Shown here: positions 1 through 12,412 of the stretch, piece after piece | Position numbering within the stretch: position 1 is the stretch's first letter | Layout: each line of letters begins with the position of its first letter | Source: Scenedesmus sp. PABB004 | Taxonomy: Eukaryota | Direction of reading: 5' to 3' | NCBI GenBank assembly: GCA_014905635.1 | Contig: JABVCE010000026.1 | Location: 372,001 to 436,000, forward strand | Length of the DNA stretch: 64,000 bases | Position numbers and translations under genes: made by a program | The notes under the pieces: model-generated | Seen by the model: the letters and a program-made list of their open reading frames with translations, nothing else | The model's database searches: none | Told to the model about the DNA's origin: nothing

Positions 1-1
1 C

Positions 2-1546
2 TTTGAGGTGCTGCCGGCGGAGGGGCAGCCCGCCGACGGCAGCGCCGCGCCGGGCGACCAGGCGCGGGAGGAGGGCGAGTGCGGCGGCGCGGCGGGCGCG
101 ACGCAGCAGCTGTACGTTTACGACCAGGTGCGGGCGAGGCAGGCGCGCTGGCCTCGCGGCCGGCGCGGTCTGCCGGCAGCTGGCAACCGGCCGCCGCCGC
201 GTGACCGCCGCCGCCGCCGCGTGACCGCCGCCGCGCGCCCAGGGCACGGGCCAGCTCACGCGCCTGGGCGAGGGCGCGGACGGCGTGCGGCACGCGCGGC
301 ACTACCTGGAGGACTGGAACACAGGAGAGTTCTTCCAGATGGCCGGCGCGCGCCGCGGCTGCTGGGCCTGGCTCAGGTGCGCCGCTGCGGCGCCGCGCCG
401 TGCTGCGCCGCGCCGTGCACCCGCTCGCGGCACCCCCGCCGACGCCCAACGCAACGCGGCCGCGCGGCACGCGCTGCTGCCGCAGGCGCGCGCCGCGGCC
501 GGGGCCCGCGCCGTGGGGCGACGGCGGCGCCGAGCCGAGCCTGCTGCGCAGCGTCGCTGAGGTGGCCGACGCGTGCGGCAGCGCGATGGCGGCGCTCGGC
601 ATGTTTGCGCAGGGCCTGTGCGGCGGGCTGGCCCTGCTCTGCCTCTTCACCACCTACGCCCAGTACGCGGCCCAGGTGCCCGCCGCCGCCGCCAGCGCCT
701 GGTGCCGAGCTCGGCGCGGCGCGCCGGGCGCAGGCGCTGCACACACAGCGCCGCGGCGCTGAGCGCGGCGGGCCGGCCGCCCCGCCGTCGTCGCGCAGGG
801 CCTGGCGGGCTTCCTGGCCTACTACAGCCCCCATGCGCAGATGGTGAACCGCGCCTTCTTCGCCCTGGTCAGCCTCTCTCTCGTCTCCGCCTGCGCGCGC
901 CTCGCGTACGACCAGCTCGGCGGCTTCCGGCCCCCGCAGCTGCGGTGCGCGCCGCGCCGCAGCACGCCGCGCGCCGTGCCGCAGCACGCCGCGCACCGCG
1001 CGCGCCCGGCGGCGCCGGCGGCACGCGCCCGAGTACGCGCGCGGCCGCACGCCCGGCGCAGGCTGCGCGCGGTGGACGGGTGCGGGCTGGCGCTGTATCT
1101 GGTGGCCTACCTCGCCAACCTGCTCGCCACGCCCACCGACGACGCGCTCACGTACGAGGCGCGCCGCGACGCGCGCTACGGCGACGGCGCGCTGCCGGCC
1201 GCGTTCCTGCGCAAGGTGTGCTTGCGCTTGCGCGGGCTGTCGGTGCCGCGCCCAGCACGCGCCGCGCCGCGCTGAGCCGCCGCGACCGCGCCGCTGCCCG
1301 CAGCTCGCGCTGTGGCAGGTGCTCAACCTGGTGCGCGTGTGCGCGTGCGGCGCGGGCTGGGCGCTCGCGTGCTACCGCGGCAACCCGCTGGTCATGGCGC
1401 TCGTCTGGGAGGCGCGGCAGCAGGACGCCGCGGCGGCCGCGGCCGGCAGCGCTGGCGCGGACTGGCCGCCGCCGCGGCGCGGCAGCGACGCCGGCGCCGG
1501 CGGCGGCGGCGGTGCGCTCCGGCGGGCGGCACCGCCCGTCGGCTGA
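2..1546 (+). CDS. TMEM237: TMEM237-like ciliary transition-zone membrane protein (5' partial, 5 introns visible)
   Basis: Spliced product has hydrophobic segments FAQGLCGGLALLCLF, RAFFALVSLSLVSACARL, LALYLVAYLANLL and LWQVLNLVRVCACGAGWALACYR, resembling the TMEM237 C-terminal TM region as I recall it (W..VNLV....G..W....YR). GT-AG introns keep the frame. Confidence 0.6.
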
Positions 1547-1770
1547 CGCGCGGTTTGTGGTTGTGCCGAACCCGCTGGCGCTGCGGCGGAACGCGTGCGT
1601 CGCGCTCGAGCTCTCTCACAGCCCAGCCATACACGCAGCCGCACCGCCCGCAGGCCGCCGCGCCGCCGCAGCCGCGCACTCGCCGCAGCGCCCGCGCCGC
1701 CGCCGGTTCGCCGCGACAGCTCCCGCTGCGCCCAATTGTCGTGCGGCCCTCGTTTGAATTGCTAGGAGCC

Positions 1771-3476
1771 ATGCAGCGGGCGCTCGCGCGCGGCCCCGGG
1801 GCCTGGTGGCGCAGCAGCGAGCAGCGCGCTGCTCGCCCCGCCAGCCGGCGCCGCTGCTGCCCTGGCGCCCCGTGCGGCCCGCCCGTCGCTCGCTCGCGCG
1901 CGCCGGTGAGCGGGAGCAGGCAGAGCAGCAGCCTGCTGCGGACCCCGCGCCGCAGCGGTCGGCGGCGGCGCCGCCGCCGGCCGCGGCCACGAGCCTGGCG
2001 CAGCTCGCGGCCGAGGTCGTCGCGTCGCCGCTGTTCTACCTGGTCGCCGGCCTGGCGGCGGTCTGGCTCGTGTCGCGCACGGGCGACCAGACGGCCACGA
2101 TCCTCATCGCCGCCGCCGCGCCGGTGACGCTGCTGACCGCGCTGTCCAAGTCGAGCCTCGGCCGGCAGGTGCAGGAGAGCCTGGCCGCGCGGCTGCCGCA
2201 GCTCGAGGCCGACGCGGCGGCGCTGCGGCAGGCGCACGCAGGTGGGGGCCCGCGCCGCGCGGGCCGCTGCGCCACGGGCGCACGCACACGCCGACGCCGA
2301 CGCCGACGCCACCGCGGCGCCCGCAGAGGCGCGGCGCCGCAGCCCCTTCTACGGCGCCGGCCGCCCGCAGCTGCCCGCCGCGCTGGGCGGGCAGCAGCCG
2401 CACCTCACCGGCGCGGTGGCGGGCGACTATGGCTTCGACCCGCTCGGCCTCGCGGTGGCGCCAGAGGCGTTTGCAAAGTACCACGAGGCGGAGCTGCTGC
2501 ACGCGCGGTGCGCGGCCGGGGGCGCGGCGTGGCGCCGCGGCGGCGGCGCTGCTGCCGCTGCTGCTGCGGCGGCCGCGGGGCGGCGGCGGCGGCGCCGCGC
2601 CCGCCGCCGACCCTGCGCCCCGCCCGCGTGTCGCCGCCGCCGCCGCCGCAGCTGGGCGATGCTCGCCGTGGTCGGCTGCGTCGTGCCAGAGGTGCTGAGC
2701 CTGCGCGGCGCGGAGCTGGGCGAGCCGGTGTGGTGGAAGGTGCGCGCGGAGGACGCCGCGGGGACGCCGCGCCGGCCGCGCCAGAGCCGGGCGCCGAGCG
2801 CCCACGCCCGCGCCGGGCCCCCGCCTGGCGCCGCGCGCCGCCGCCAGGTGGGCGCCGCCAAGCTGCAGGGCGACCTCACGCTCAACTGGGGCGGCATCGA
2901 GGGCTTCCGCATCGCCGGTGCGCCGCGCCGCGCGTGCGCCGCTGCCGCCGCCGGCCGCGGCCGGGCGCGGGGGACCCGCACGCGCCGCCGCGCGGGCCGC
3001 CGCGGCGCCTGACCCGCCGCCGCCGCCGCGCGCCGTGCTCCGCCAGGCAAGCAGGGAATTGGCATCATCGCCGCGTGCCAGGTGGTGCTCATGGGCGGCC
3101 CCGAGTACGCGCGGCAGGTTGGCATCAAGAGCCTCGAGCCGGTCGGCGTGTTCCTGCCGGGTGCGCGCGCGCGCCAGCCGCGCCGCGCGGCGCCCCCACC
3201 GCCGAGACCCCCCTCCCCCCTTTCTTTCTTGAGTGGCGTCAACACACACACACGCACCTCCGCACGCGCCCCGCAGGCGACCAGAACTACCCCGGCGGCG
3301 CGCCGTTTGACCCGCTCGGCCTTGCGCAGCGCCCCGACGCGTTTGTCGCGCAGGCGGCGGCCGAGATCAAGCACGGCCGGCTCGCGATGCTGGCGATGGC
3401 GGGCTTCTTCGCGCAGGCCGCCGTCACGCGCGCGGGCCCGGTCGCCAACCTGCTGGCGGCCGTCGGGGCGGAGTGA
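1771..3476 (+). CDS. LHCB7: Light-harvesting chlorophyll a/b-binding protein Lhcb7 (5 introns; apparent 1-nt frameshift near the start)
   Basis: Motifs [65 protein letters not shown] and [10 protein letters not shown], plus the extra N-terminal hydrophobic segment typical of Lhcb7. The ATG at 1771 is out of frame with the main ORF. Confidence 0.88.
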
Positions 3477-3509
3477 GCGTGGGTGGCGGCCGTCGGGGCG
3501 GAGTGAGCG
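3454..3509. repeat. 26-nt direct repeat (30-nt period) spanning the LHCB7 stop codon
   Basis: TGGCGGCCGTCGGGGCGGAGTGAGCG at 3454-3479 and 3484-3509. Confidence 0.9.
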
Positions 3510-3784
3510 CCGGCAGGGCCTGCGGTCGCGCACCTGCTTGCGGGCGTGAATGAGCGTGCCAACTCACCACACACGCACACTCGCCGGGCGCGCCCAGCGG
3601 GGACGGCGCCGCCGCCGCCGTCACCTGCGCCGCCCGCCGTCATCGTCAAACAGCGCCCGCGCCGCTCTCGCGGGTCTGTCCGCCCGCGTCAGATCTGGCG
3701 CAGAATCCCGCCCCCGACACGTCCCCGACCGCTGCGCGCCCGTCCTCCCCGTGTCGCGCCGCGCCGCGGGCGCCCGTGCCGGCG

Positions 3785-4938
3785 ATGCTGCTGCGCGCCC
3801 TCCCCGGCGCGCTGCGGGCTGCGGCGGCCCTGCCGCGTGGCCTGGGCGCCGCCGCGTGCGTGCACACCAGCGGCGAGGCGCAGCAGCCCGTCGCGCAGCC
3901 AGCTGCGGCCGGGGCGAAACCAGCCCTGTTCAAGGTGCGGCCCGGGCGCTGGGGGCCGGCTCAGCGCCTGCCCGGACTGTCGGCACGCGCCCGGGAGCAG
4001 CGGCGCGGCCAGCGGCGGCGCGGGGGGCCGGGGGGTCGCGCATGCTGCCGCAGCAGCAGCGTGTGGCGCGGCCGCGCTGCCGCAGCCTGCGCGCGCGCGG
4101 CGGGCCGGGCAGATCACCGCCCCGGGATCCGATCAGCGGCGCAGGGCCGCCGCGGCGCGCCGGGCGGCCCGGCGCGGCGGTTGCGCGCGGGTGGCGGCGA
4201 GCGTCCGCCCGCGCCGCGCCCGCGCCCGCGCGCCGCGCTGCAGGAGTTTCAGATCTACCGCTGGAACCCGGACTCGCCCGAGAAGCCGCACTATGTCACG
4301 TACAAGGTCGACATCAACAGGCATGCAGCCGGCGGCGGGCGGCGGGCGGCGCGCGCGAGCGCTGCCGCCGAGCATCGCGCGTCGCCCCCTCCCAACTCAC
4401 ACACCCCGCGCGCCGCCGCCGCCGCAGCTGCGGGCCGATGATGCTCGACGTGCTGCTGAAGATCAAGGACGAGCAGGACCAGACGCTCTCGCTGCGCCGC
4501 TCGTGCAGGCGCGGCGCCCCGCGCGCCGCGCGGCGCGGCGCTCCACGCCCGCACGCCCGCCGCGCCGCCGCCGGCCGCGCGCGCCGCTCCACACCCACCC
4601 AACCACGCGCCGCCGCCGCCGCCGCCGCCGCCGCAGGGAGGGCATCTGCGGGTCGTGCGCGATGAACATCGACGGCCAGAACAACCTCGCGTGCCTCTCC
4701 AAGGTAAACCGCGACCCGGCCAAGGCGAGCCGCGTCGCGCCGCTGCCGCACATGTTTGTGGTGAAGGACCTCGTCGTCGACATGAGCAACTTTTACGCCC
4801 AGTACAAGAGCATCAAGCCCTTCCTGCAGAAGAAGGGCGGGTGCGGCGGCGCGGGCGGCGGCGCGGGCGGGGCGCGGGCCAGGGCGGGCGGGGCCAGGGC
4901 AGGGCGGGCTCGGGGCGGGGGTGCGGGTGCGGGTGCGG

Positions 4939-4970
<32 letters not shown>

Positions 4971-5771
4971 GGGGTCACAGAGGGCGGAGAGAGGCCGGCT
5001 GGTGGAGGGCGGAGAGACGCCGGCCGGCACCGCCCACGCCCCGCGCGCCACCGCCGCCGCCCACGCCCGCGCGGCGGCGCCCCGCCCGTGCAGGACGTCC
5101 GGCGAGGCCAAGGAGCTGTACCAGAGCAAGGAGAGCCGCGCGAAGCTGGACGGGCTGTACGAGTGCATCCTGTGCGCGTGCTGCAGCACGTCGTGCCCGA
5201 GCTACTGGTGGAACCAGGACAAGTACCTCGGCCCCGCGGTGCTGCTGCAGGCCTACCGGTGCGTGCCGCGGCGGCGGCAGCGCGGCGGGAGCAGCGCCCG
5301 GCCGAGCGCTCAGCCGGCCGCGCGCCGGCACGCGCCTGCACGCGCCGCCGCCGCCGCGCGTCACGCTTGGGGCCGGCCGCCTGCCCGCCCGCGCGGCGCG
5401 CCGCGCCGCGGCGCAGGTGGGTGATCGACAGCCGCGACGACTTCACCGCCGAGCGGCTCGCGCACCTCGACGACGCGTACAAGCTCTACCGCTGCAAGGC
5501 GCGGAGCACGGGGCGCGGGGCGCGGGGCACGCGGCGCGGGCCCACAGGGCCTGTGCGTAGAGAGCGCCGCGCGGCCGACGCTCCCCGCCCCGGGCCGGTC
5601 GCTGACCGAGGCGCCCCGCCGCCTGCCGCCGCCGCGCCGCCCGCCCGCCCGCCCGCCCGGTGGCGCCCACAGACGATCATGAACTGCTCGCAGACCTGCC
5701 CCAAGGGCCTCAACCCCGGCAAGGCGATCGCGAAGCTCAAGCAGAGCCTGCACAAGGGCAGCCCCGTGTGA
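3785..5771 (+). CDS. SDH2: Succinate dehydrogenase iron-sulfur subunit, mitochondrial (6 introns, 3 GC-AG)
   Basis: Motifs [58 protein letters not shown] and [21 protein letters not shown]. Confidence 0.97.
4941..4969. repeat. Poly-G run in SDH2 intron 4
   Basis: 29 consecutive G. Confidence 0.9.
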
Positions 5772-5899
5772 GCCGCGTGTGGTGTGCCGCGGGGCGTGCG
5801 GCCGGCGGCGGCGGCAGCTTGGCAACCTGGGCCGCGTGTGCGGGGCGCGCGGGGGGCGTGTACTCTAGGGGGGGCGACTCGACTCGGCGCGTGGCGGTG

Positions 5900-5904
5900 T
5901 TACA
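5900..5904 (-). terminator. TGTAA polyadenylation signal of the C2-domain gene
   Basis: TTACA on the + strand about 45 nt past the stop codon. UGUAA is the established chlorophyte signal. Confidence 0.7.
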
Positions 5905-5948
5905 GGCCGCCGCCGCCGCCGCCGCCCCGCGCGCCGCACGCGCGTGCG

Positions 5949-7566
5949 TCACCAGTCGCCGCCGCCGCCAAAGTCGTCGCCGCCGCCGCCGAAATCGCCG
6001 CCGCCGTTGTCCATGTCGACCCATCCGCCCCCGCCGTCGCCGCCGCCGTAGCCGCCGTCGTTGCCGTAGTCGACCGGGTCAGGGCCGACGTTATTGTCCA
6101 TCGTCTGCCATTGGCCCCCGCCGCCCTGCATGTCGGTGACCTGGGTGCTGCTGTAGTCGTTGTTGATGATCGTCACGTTGTCGCCGCCGCCCCAGCCGCC
6201 GCCGGGGCCGTAGCCGCCGCCGTAGCCGCCGCCGCCAAAGCCGCCGCCCCCAAAGCCGCCGTGGTGGCCGGGCGAGAACATGGCGTTGGCGAGCGCGCCG
6301 CCGACGACCGCGCCGCCGAGCGCGCCCGCGCCCGCGGCGAGCGCGGTGCCCATCGCGCCGCCGCCGCGCCCCGCGCCCGGCGGCGGCGCCTGCTGCACGT
6401 GCGGCGGCGCGTAGGGCTGCTGCTGCTGAGCCGGGGGGTACGGCTGCTGCGCGTACGGCTGCGGCTGCTGCGCGTACGGCTGCGGCTGCGCCGGCGGGTA
6501 GGGCTGCGGCTGCGGGTAGCCGGGCGGCGCGCCGCCAGCGTAACCCGGCGGCGGCGCGCCGCCGTATCCCAGCGGCGGGGCGCCGTAGCCCTGCGGTGGT
6601 GGGGCGCCGTAGCCCTGCGGTGGTGGGGCGCCGTAGCCCTGAGCCGGCGGCGCGCCGTACGCCTGAACCGGCGGGCCGCCGTAGCCCTGGGGCTGCGGCT
6701 GCTGCGGCGCCCCGACCGCGCCGACGGCCGGGTAGCCGGGCGCGGCCACGGGCGGGCCCTGCTGCACGGCCGCAGGCTGGCCTGGGTAGGGCCCCGCCGG
6801 CTGGCCTGGGTAGGGCGCCGCCGGCTGGCCTGGGTAGGGCGCCGCGGCCCTCGCCCCTGCCGCTGCGGCCCCCGCCGCTGCGGCCCCCGCCGCCGCGGCC
6901 CCCGCCGCCACGCCCGCGGCCGCCGCCGCGGGCGCCGCGGCGGGCTCGCCCGCCGCCTGCAGCGACGCGGTGCACTCGAGCTCGCCGTGCAGGCTGCCCT
7001 TGGCGCTCATCACCGGCAGGCGCAGCACCTCGCCGGCCGAGGCCTGCACCTGGCCGAGGCTGATGCTGGCGGTGCCGATGACCTCATCTCCGGTGAGGCT
7101 GTGCTTCGCGACGACCTCGATCCCCGCCTCGCCGACGCCGGGCGGCAGGTCGACCGAAAAGACCTCGCCCAGCGCGACGTCGGTCCCCGCGTCGGGGAGC
7201 ACCTCGGTGACCTTGACCACGTCGCCGCCCACGCGGACGCGCAGGAAGATGCTCTGCTTCCCCACCAGCGACGTGTTCTTCAGGCGGTGCGCCTTGAGCA
7301 CTGCGGGCGCGGGGCGGCGGGCGGGCAGCGGCGGGCGGGCAGCGGCGGCGGCGTCAGGCGAAGGAGACCGCGCGCGTGGCGTGATGAGCCGGAGGACGTG
7401 ACGGGGGTGGTGACAGGGGTGCCGTGCGAGCGGCGCGAGGGCTGTGGATGCCCCCCTGCGCGCGGGGGAGCTGCTGCCCGAGCAGTGTTGCATGCACGCC
7501 CGGCCCGCGCGTTCCAGGCGCCCAACCAGGCCGCACGCACGCACCCGCCAGGTTTAGGCGTGCCAT
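5949..7566 (-). CDS. C2-domain protein with Pro/Gly/Tyr/Gln-rich low-complexity tail (1 intron, 7544-7301)
   Basis: MARLNLA|VLKAHRLKNTSLVGKQSIFLRVRVG...IEVVAKHSLTGDEVIGTASISL follows a C2 fold pattern. The tail has PYPGQP and GYGAPP repeats and a GGDFGG end. Confidence 0.75.
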
Positions 7567-7780
7567 GGCGCACGAGACCGAGCAGGGGGCAGGAAGCGCT
7601 GCCTGCTGCGCGACGCTTGGCGCGGCTGTGGGCGCGAGACGAGCCGCGCGGTTGTGCCTGGGCGGTCAGGTTTGACTGCTGTCGCCGACGCGACGGTCGG
7701 GGAGCGAAGATGCCGGTCAGTTGGGAGTGTAACCAGCGCTCACGTTCGCCGCTGCCGCTGTGACCGCCGCGCCCGCCGCG

Positions 7781-8311
7781 TCACTCCACGCCCAGCAGCC
7801 GCGCCAGCTCCTCGGGCCCGGGCAGCTGCCCCGGCCCGGCGCCGCTGCCGGTGGCGCCTGCGAGCGCGCGCTCCGCGCCGTCGAGGTCTTGCGCCAGCTC
7901 GAGCACGTACGCCAGCTGCGCCACGGCCGCGCGGCGGCGCTGCAGCGCGGCGTCCGCGGCCGCCACCTGCGCGATGTGCTGCTGCGCCGCCGGCGTCTCC
8001 AGCAGCGACGCGTCGGCGCTGCGCGCCTGCTGAATCTCTTGCTGCGCGGCGGCGCGGCGCGCGATCAGTGGCAGCGCCGAGCGCTCCGCCGCCGCCGCCG
8101 CGACGCGTGCGCGTGCGCGCCCACCTGCGCCTGCCCGACCGCGGACGCGAGCGCCTGCATCTCCTCCTTGGCGCCCTGCAGCAGCTCCATGCCCTCCGCC
8201 AGGAAGGCGGCCTGTGGCACATACTCCACCGCCAGCGCCTCGGCCGCGAGCGCGCCGTCCGCGGCGAGCGCCGCGGCGGCGGCAAAGACGTCAACCCCGT
8301 CCGCCGCGCCT

Positions 8312-8351
<40 letters not shown>

Positions 8352-9632
8352 GTGGGAGCGGGCGCGGCGGGGCGCGGCGCGCGCGGCGGCGGCCGCGCGG
8401 CCGCGCGGGCGGCCCCGCCAGCGAGCGCGCGCGCGGCGCCGCGCACCGCCCGTGAAGGCGCTGCGCAGCCGCGCGACGACGTCGGCGCCGCGCTGCTGCG
8501 CGCCGGGCAGGGCCGGGTCGTCGCCGAGCAGCTCCAGCACCTCGTCCAGCAGCCGCATCGCGGGGCTCGCCGCCGCGCGCTGCGCCTCCACGCTCAGCAC
8601 GTCCAGCAGCTGCTGCATCGCCTCCACCTCCTGCGCGTCCTGCGGAGCACGCGGCGCGACGCCGCGGGGATGAGCGTCGCGCTGCGCCGAGCGCCGCGCG
8701 CCGCCGCTGGGGCCCCGCCGCCGCCGGGGCGCCGCCGCCTCGGCCGCCCTGGCGCCGCACCTGGCCGTGCGTCTTTGCGGCCTCGATGCGCCGCGCGAGC
8801 ATGTGCAGCAGCGGCTCGTCGATCTCGACTCGGAACGCCGCGAGCTTCTGCGCCAGCACCTCCTCGCCGCCGCCGTCGGCCGCAAACGCGGACAGCAGCT
8901 CCACCAGCACCGCGGCCTTGCGCCGGTACTCGGCGCGCGTCTGGCGGCGCGGGCGCGCGCGCGGGCGCGGGCCGGCGGGTGAGCGGCCGCGCCGGCGCCC
9001 GGCGCGAGCGCAGCCGCGCCGCACGCAGCCGCTGCGGGCTGCGCGCGCCGCCGGCGGCTCACGATCACGACGCCCTCGGGCAGCCCCGCCTCGGTCTCCT
9101 CGCCGTCGCCCGCCTCGTCGGCCCAGGCGGACGCCTGCTGCGCGGCCGCGCCGCGGGCCGCCTGCGCCGCCTGCTCCCCTGCCGCCGACTGCGCCGCCGC
9201 GCTGCCGGCCGCCTCGCCGGCGGCGGCCTGTTGCACGGCCACGAGGAGCTGGGTGTCGTCCTGCGCGGCGCGGGGGCGGGCGCGTCACGGCGTAGCGGCG
9301 GCGCGCGCGGCGCCCGTGCTGCAGCCCGGCTGCTCTCTGGGCAGCGGGCGGCGGCGCACCAGCAGCATCTCGGGGTCCAGCTCGCGCAGGAGCGCGTTGA
9401 TCTGCGCCTGCACCTCCGGGTCGTCCAGGTTCACGCCCTCGGGCAGGCCGGACTCGCCCGACGATCCCGACGACGCCGCGCGGCGCTGCGCCGCCGCTCG
9501 CCGCCGGCCGGGCGGCGCTGCGTTCGCCGGCCGCGCCGGCAGGCGCGCTGCCGCCGCCGCTGCTGCGCCTGCTCCTGCACCTGCAACTGGCCGGCCAGCC
9601 GCCGGGCAGCGGCGCAGCAGCAGCAGCGCCAT
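7781..9632 (-). CDS. PAC: PALE CRESS (PAC)-like chloroplast protein (5 introns)
   Basis: Transit-peptide-like N-terminus. Segments FRVEIDEPLLHMLARRIEAA, EAQRAAASPAMRLLDEVL, AAFLAEGMELL and VAQLAYVLELAQDL resemble recalled plant PAC motifs (ASPAMKLLNDLL; IEAILDLALNL). Confidence 0.65.
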
Positions 9633-9886
9633 GCCGCGCGGCCGCCGCGAGCGGCGGCGTGCGGCAGCGTCGGGCGAGGGCAGGCCGGTGCTGATCGCGG
9701 GCGCTCAGCGGTGTTGCGGGAGGCAAGCAGGGGCGGAGTGCGGACACGTGCACGGGTCACCACAATCACACAGCGTTGAACACGCGGCGCGTGCGCTGAA
9801 GCGCGACTCCTGACGGCGGAGTCCGGCGCGCGCCTGATGCCCTCGCAGAGATCCCTCGCGGCGCGCGCAGGCGCGGGCTCGCAGCG

Positions 9887-11660
9887 ATGGCGGAGGCGGT
9901 GGAGGCGTCGCCCGCGGGCAGCCCGCCGGCAGGCGGCGGCGGCGGCGGCAGCGGGCCGTGTGCGGCGGCTGCGCAGGCGGGCGGTCGGGCGGTCAGCCCA
10001 GCAGCAGCGCAAGAGCCTGGGGAAACCGTCCCAGAGCAGCAGCCGGGCGGGGAGCAGCCGCCGGCGGCAGCGCCAGCGGGCGCTGCTGCAAACGGCGCCG
10101 CGCCGCCGGCTGAGCCGAGCGGCGAGTCTGGCGAGCTGCCTGCGAGCCCTGGCGGCGAGCAGCAGAAGAAGCAAAAGGACAGCAGCGGCCGGCGGCGCGA
10201 GCGCAGCAGGAGCCGCAGCCGCGACCGGCGGCGGCGCAGCCGCGAGCGCCCGCGGGGGCGCGACAGGGGCCGGCGCAGCCGCAGCCGCAGCCAAGGGCGG
10301 CGCCACGAACGACATGGTGGCCGCTGGGGCGGCGGCCGCAGCCGCAGCCGCAGCCGCAGCAGGAGCAGGAGCAGGAGCTGGGGCCGCAGGGGCGCCCGGC
10401 GCGACCGCAGGCGCTCGCGCTCGCGCAGCCGGCAGCGCCGGCCCAGCCCGCGGCGCGACCGCCGGCGCGCCAGCCGCAGCAGGAGCCGCAGCCGGAGCCG
10501 CAGCCGGGGCCGGGTGGGGGCGCGGGCGCGCAGCCGTTCGCCCGTCGCCGCGCGCGACGGCCGCGGCGGCGGTGGCGGTGCTGGCCGGCTGCGCCGCCCC
10601 CGCAGCAGGAGCGGGAGCGGCAGCAGGAGCCGCAGCAGGAGCGCCGACAGCGGCAGCAGCGGCGGCGGCGGCCGGGCGCGCGGCCGGCGCGGCGCGCGGT
10701 CGGTCAGCCCCGCCACGGCGGCCGCAGCCGCGGAGGCCGCGGCGGCCAAGGCGGCGGCCGCCGCCGCGCAGCGCGAGGAGCAGCTCGCCAGGTGAGGCGC
10801 GCCTGGCGCTCGCGCCGCCTGCCGCTCGCGCCTGCGCGCGCGCCCGGCTGAGAGCCCGGGCCGGCCCTCGCCTCGCGCAGGGCGCGCGCGGAGCTCGAGG
10901 AGTCGCTGATTGCGGAGGAGGTGGAGCGGCTGCTGGCGGAGCACGTCGAGGCGCGCGTGCGGGACGTGCTCGCGAGCGAACACGTGCAGGCCTCCCTCGC
11001 GCAGCGCCTGCAGGTGCGCGCGCGCCGCGCCCCCACGCAGCGCGCGCGCGGGGCCAGCGCCGCACGCGCTCTGGCCGCGGGCGGCGGCTTCCCGCGAGCC
11101 CGCCGGCGCCGGCGCCGCAGGCCGAGCGCGCCACGCTGGAGGCAAAGGTGGACGCCGAGATCGCGGCCGAGGCGGCCGCGGACGAGGCGGCGGCGGCGGC
11201 CGCGCGCGAGGCGATCGCAGCGGAGGAGGCGCGGCTCGCGGCGCTGGAGCGCCAGCGCCAGGAGGAGGTGCGCGGCGTGCGCCGGGGTGGGGGCTGCGGC
11301 GCGGCGGGGGCGCTGCCGTCAGCCCACGCGCGGCCGCGGCCCGCGCCCGTCCCCGGCTCGCAGGAACTGGCCGCCGAGAAGGCGCGCGCCGAGGAGGAGC
11401 GGCGGCGGCACGAGGCGCACCTGGCCGCGCTGCAGGCGCAGGCCGAGGCGAAGAAGGAGGAGGACCGGCGGTGCGCGGGGCGGAGGGCTGTTCGGGGGTT
11501 GCACCGCTCCCGGCGCAGCAGGCGGCCGCCCGCCGACGCCGCCCGCCGACGCCGCCCGGGCCCCGCCAGGCGCAAGAAGGAGGAGGCTGCCAAGAAGAAG
11601 GAGCAAGCCAAGATCCTGGGCAAGGGCCGCACCAAGCTGAGCTTCAGCTTCGGCAAGTGA
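9887..11660 (+). CDS. ARGLU1: Arginine/glutamate-rich protein 1-like (RS domain plus coiled coil; 4 introns)
   Basis: Long RS-dipeptide region, LIAEEVERLLAEHVEARV coiled coil, and C-terminus EQAKILGKGRTKLSFSFGK. Confidence 0.8.
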
Positions 11661-11819
11661 CCGATCGGCCGGCGAGCGGGCGTCCCGTCGAGAGAGTGAG
11701 AGCGAGAGAGTGATTAAAGCGAGAGAGAGGCCGGGCGCGGCGTGCAACAGCGCCGCCTCGCGCGGCCGCCCCGCGCGCCGCCGCCGCCAGCTGCAGCTGC
11801 AGCGCCGCGGCGCCGCCGG

Positions 11820-12371
11820 TCACCAGCCACTGACGAGCTGGTCAAACGCGCCGCGCAGCCGCGAGCAGCGCTCCTTGTAGAGCGCGAACGCCTCGGGCAG
11901 CAGCGCGCGCACGCGCGCCACGCGCTCCTGCGGGCGCGCACGCGGGCGTCAGCCGCGGAGCCGCCGCGGCGCGGCGGGGCTGCTGGCTGGACCCGGGGCC
12001 TAGGCTTTGCCCCGGGGCTGAGGGCTTGCCCCGGGGGTTGGGGTTTGCTGCGGGGCTGCCAGCCCCGGGCCGCCCGCCGCGCCCCGCGCACGCGCGCGCG
12101 CCTCGGTGAGCGGGTGCGTCGACATCATCTCCGGCAGCCGCGCCTCGGCGCCGCCCTGCGCGGCGTTGAGCTTGGCGAGCATCGTCACGTTGGCCTGGGG
12201 GTCGTAGCACGCGCGCGCGAGCAGGCGGATGCCGATCGCGTCCGCCTCGTACTCGGCCGCGCTGCGGCGCGCGGGGCGGGGCGGAGGGGAGCGGGGCGGG
12301 CTGGGAGGAGGCGGGGCGGGGTTGGAGGGACGCGCAGCGCGGCGGGCGCGGGGGCCGCCCGTGCCACGGCA

Positions 12372-12412
<41 letters not shown>

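Noticed and set aside
4941..4969. Poly-G run as a functional G-quadruplex
   Set aside because: It cannot be distinguished from simple slippage or a sequencing artefact.
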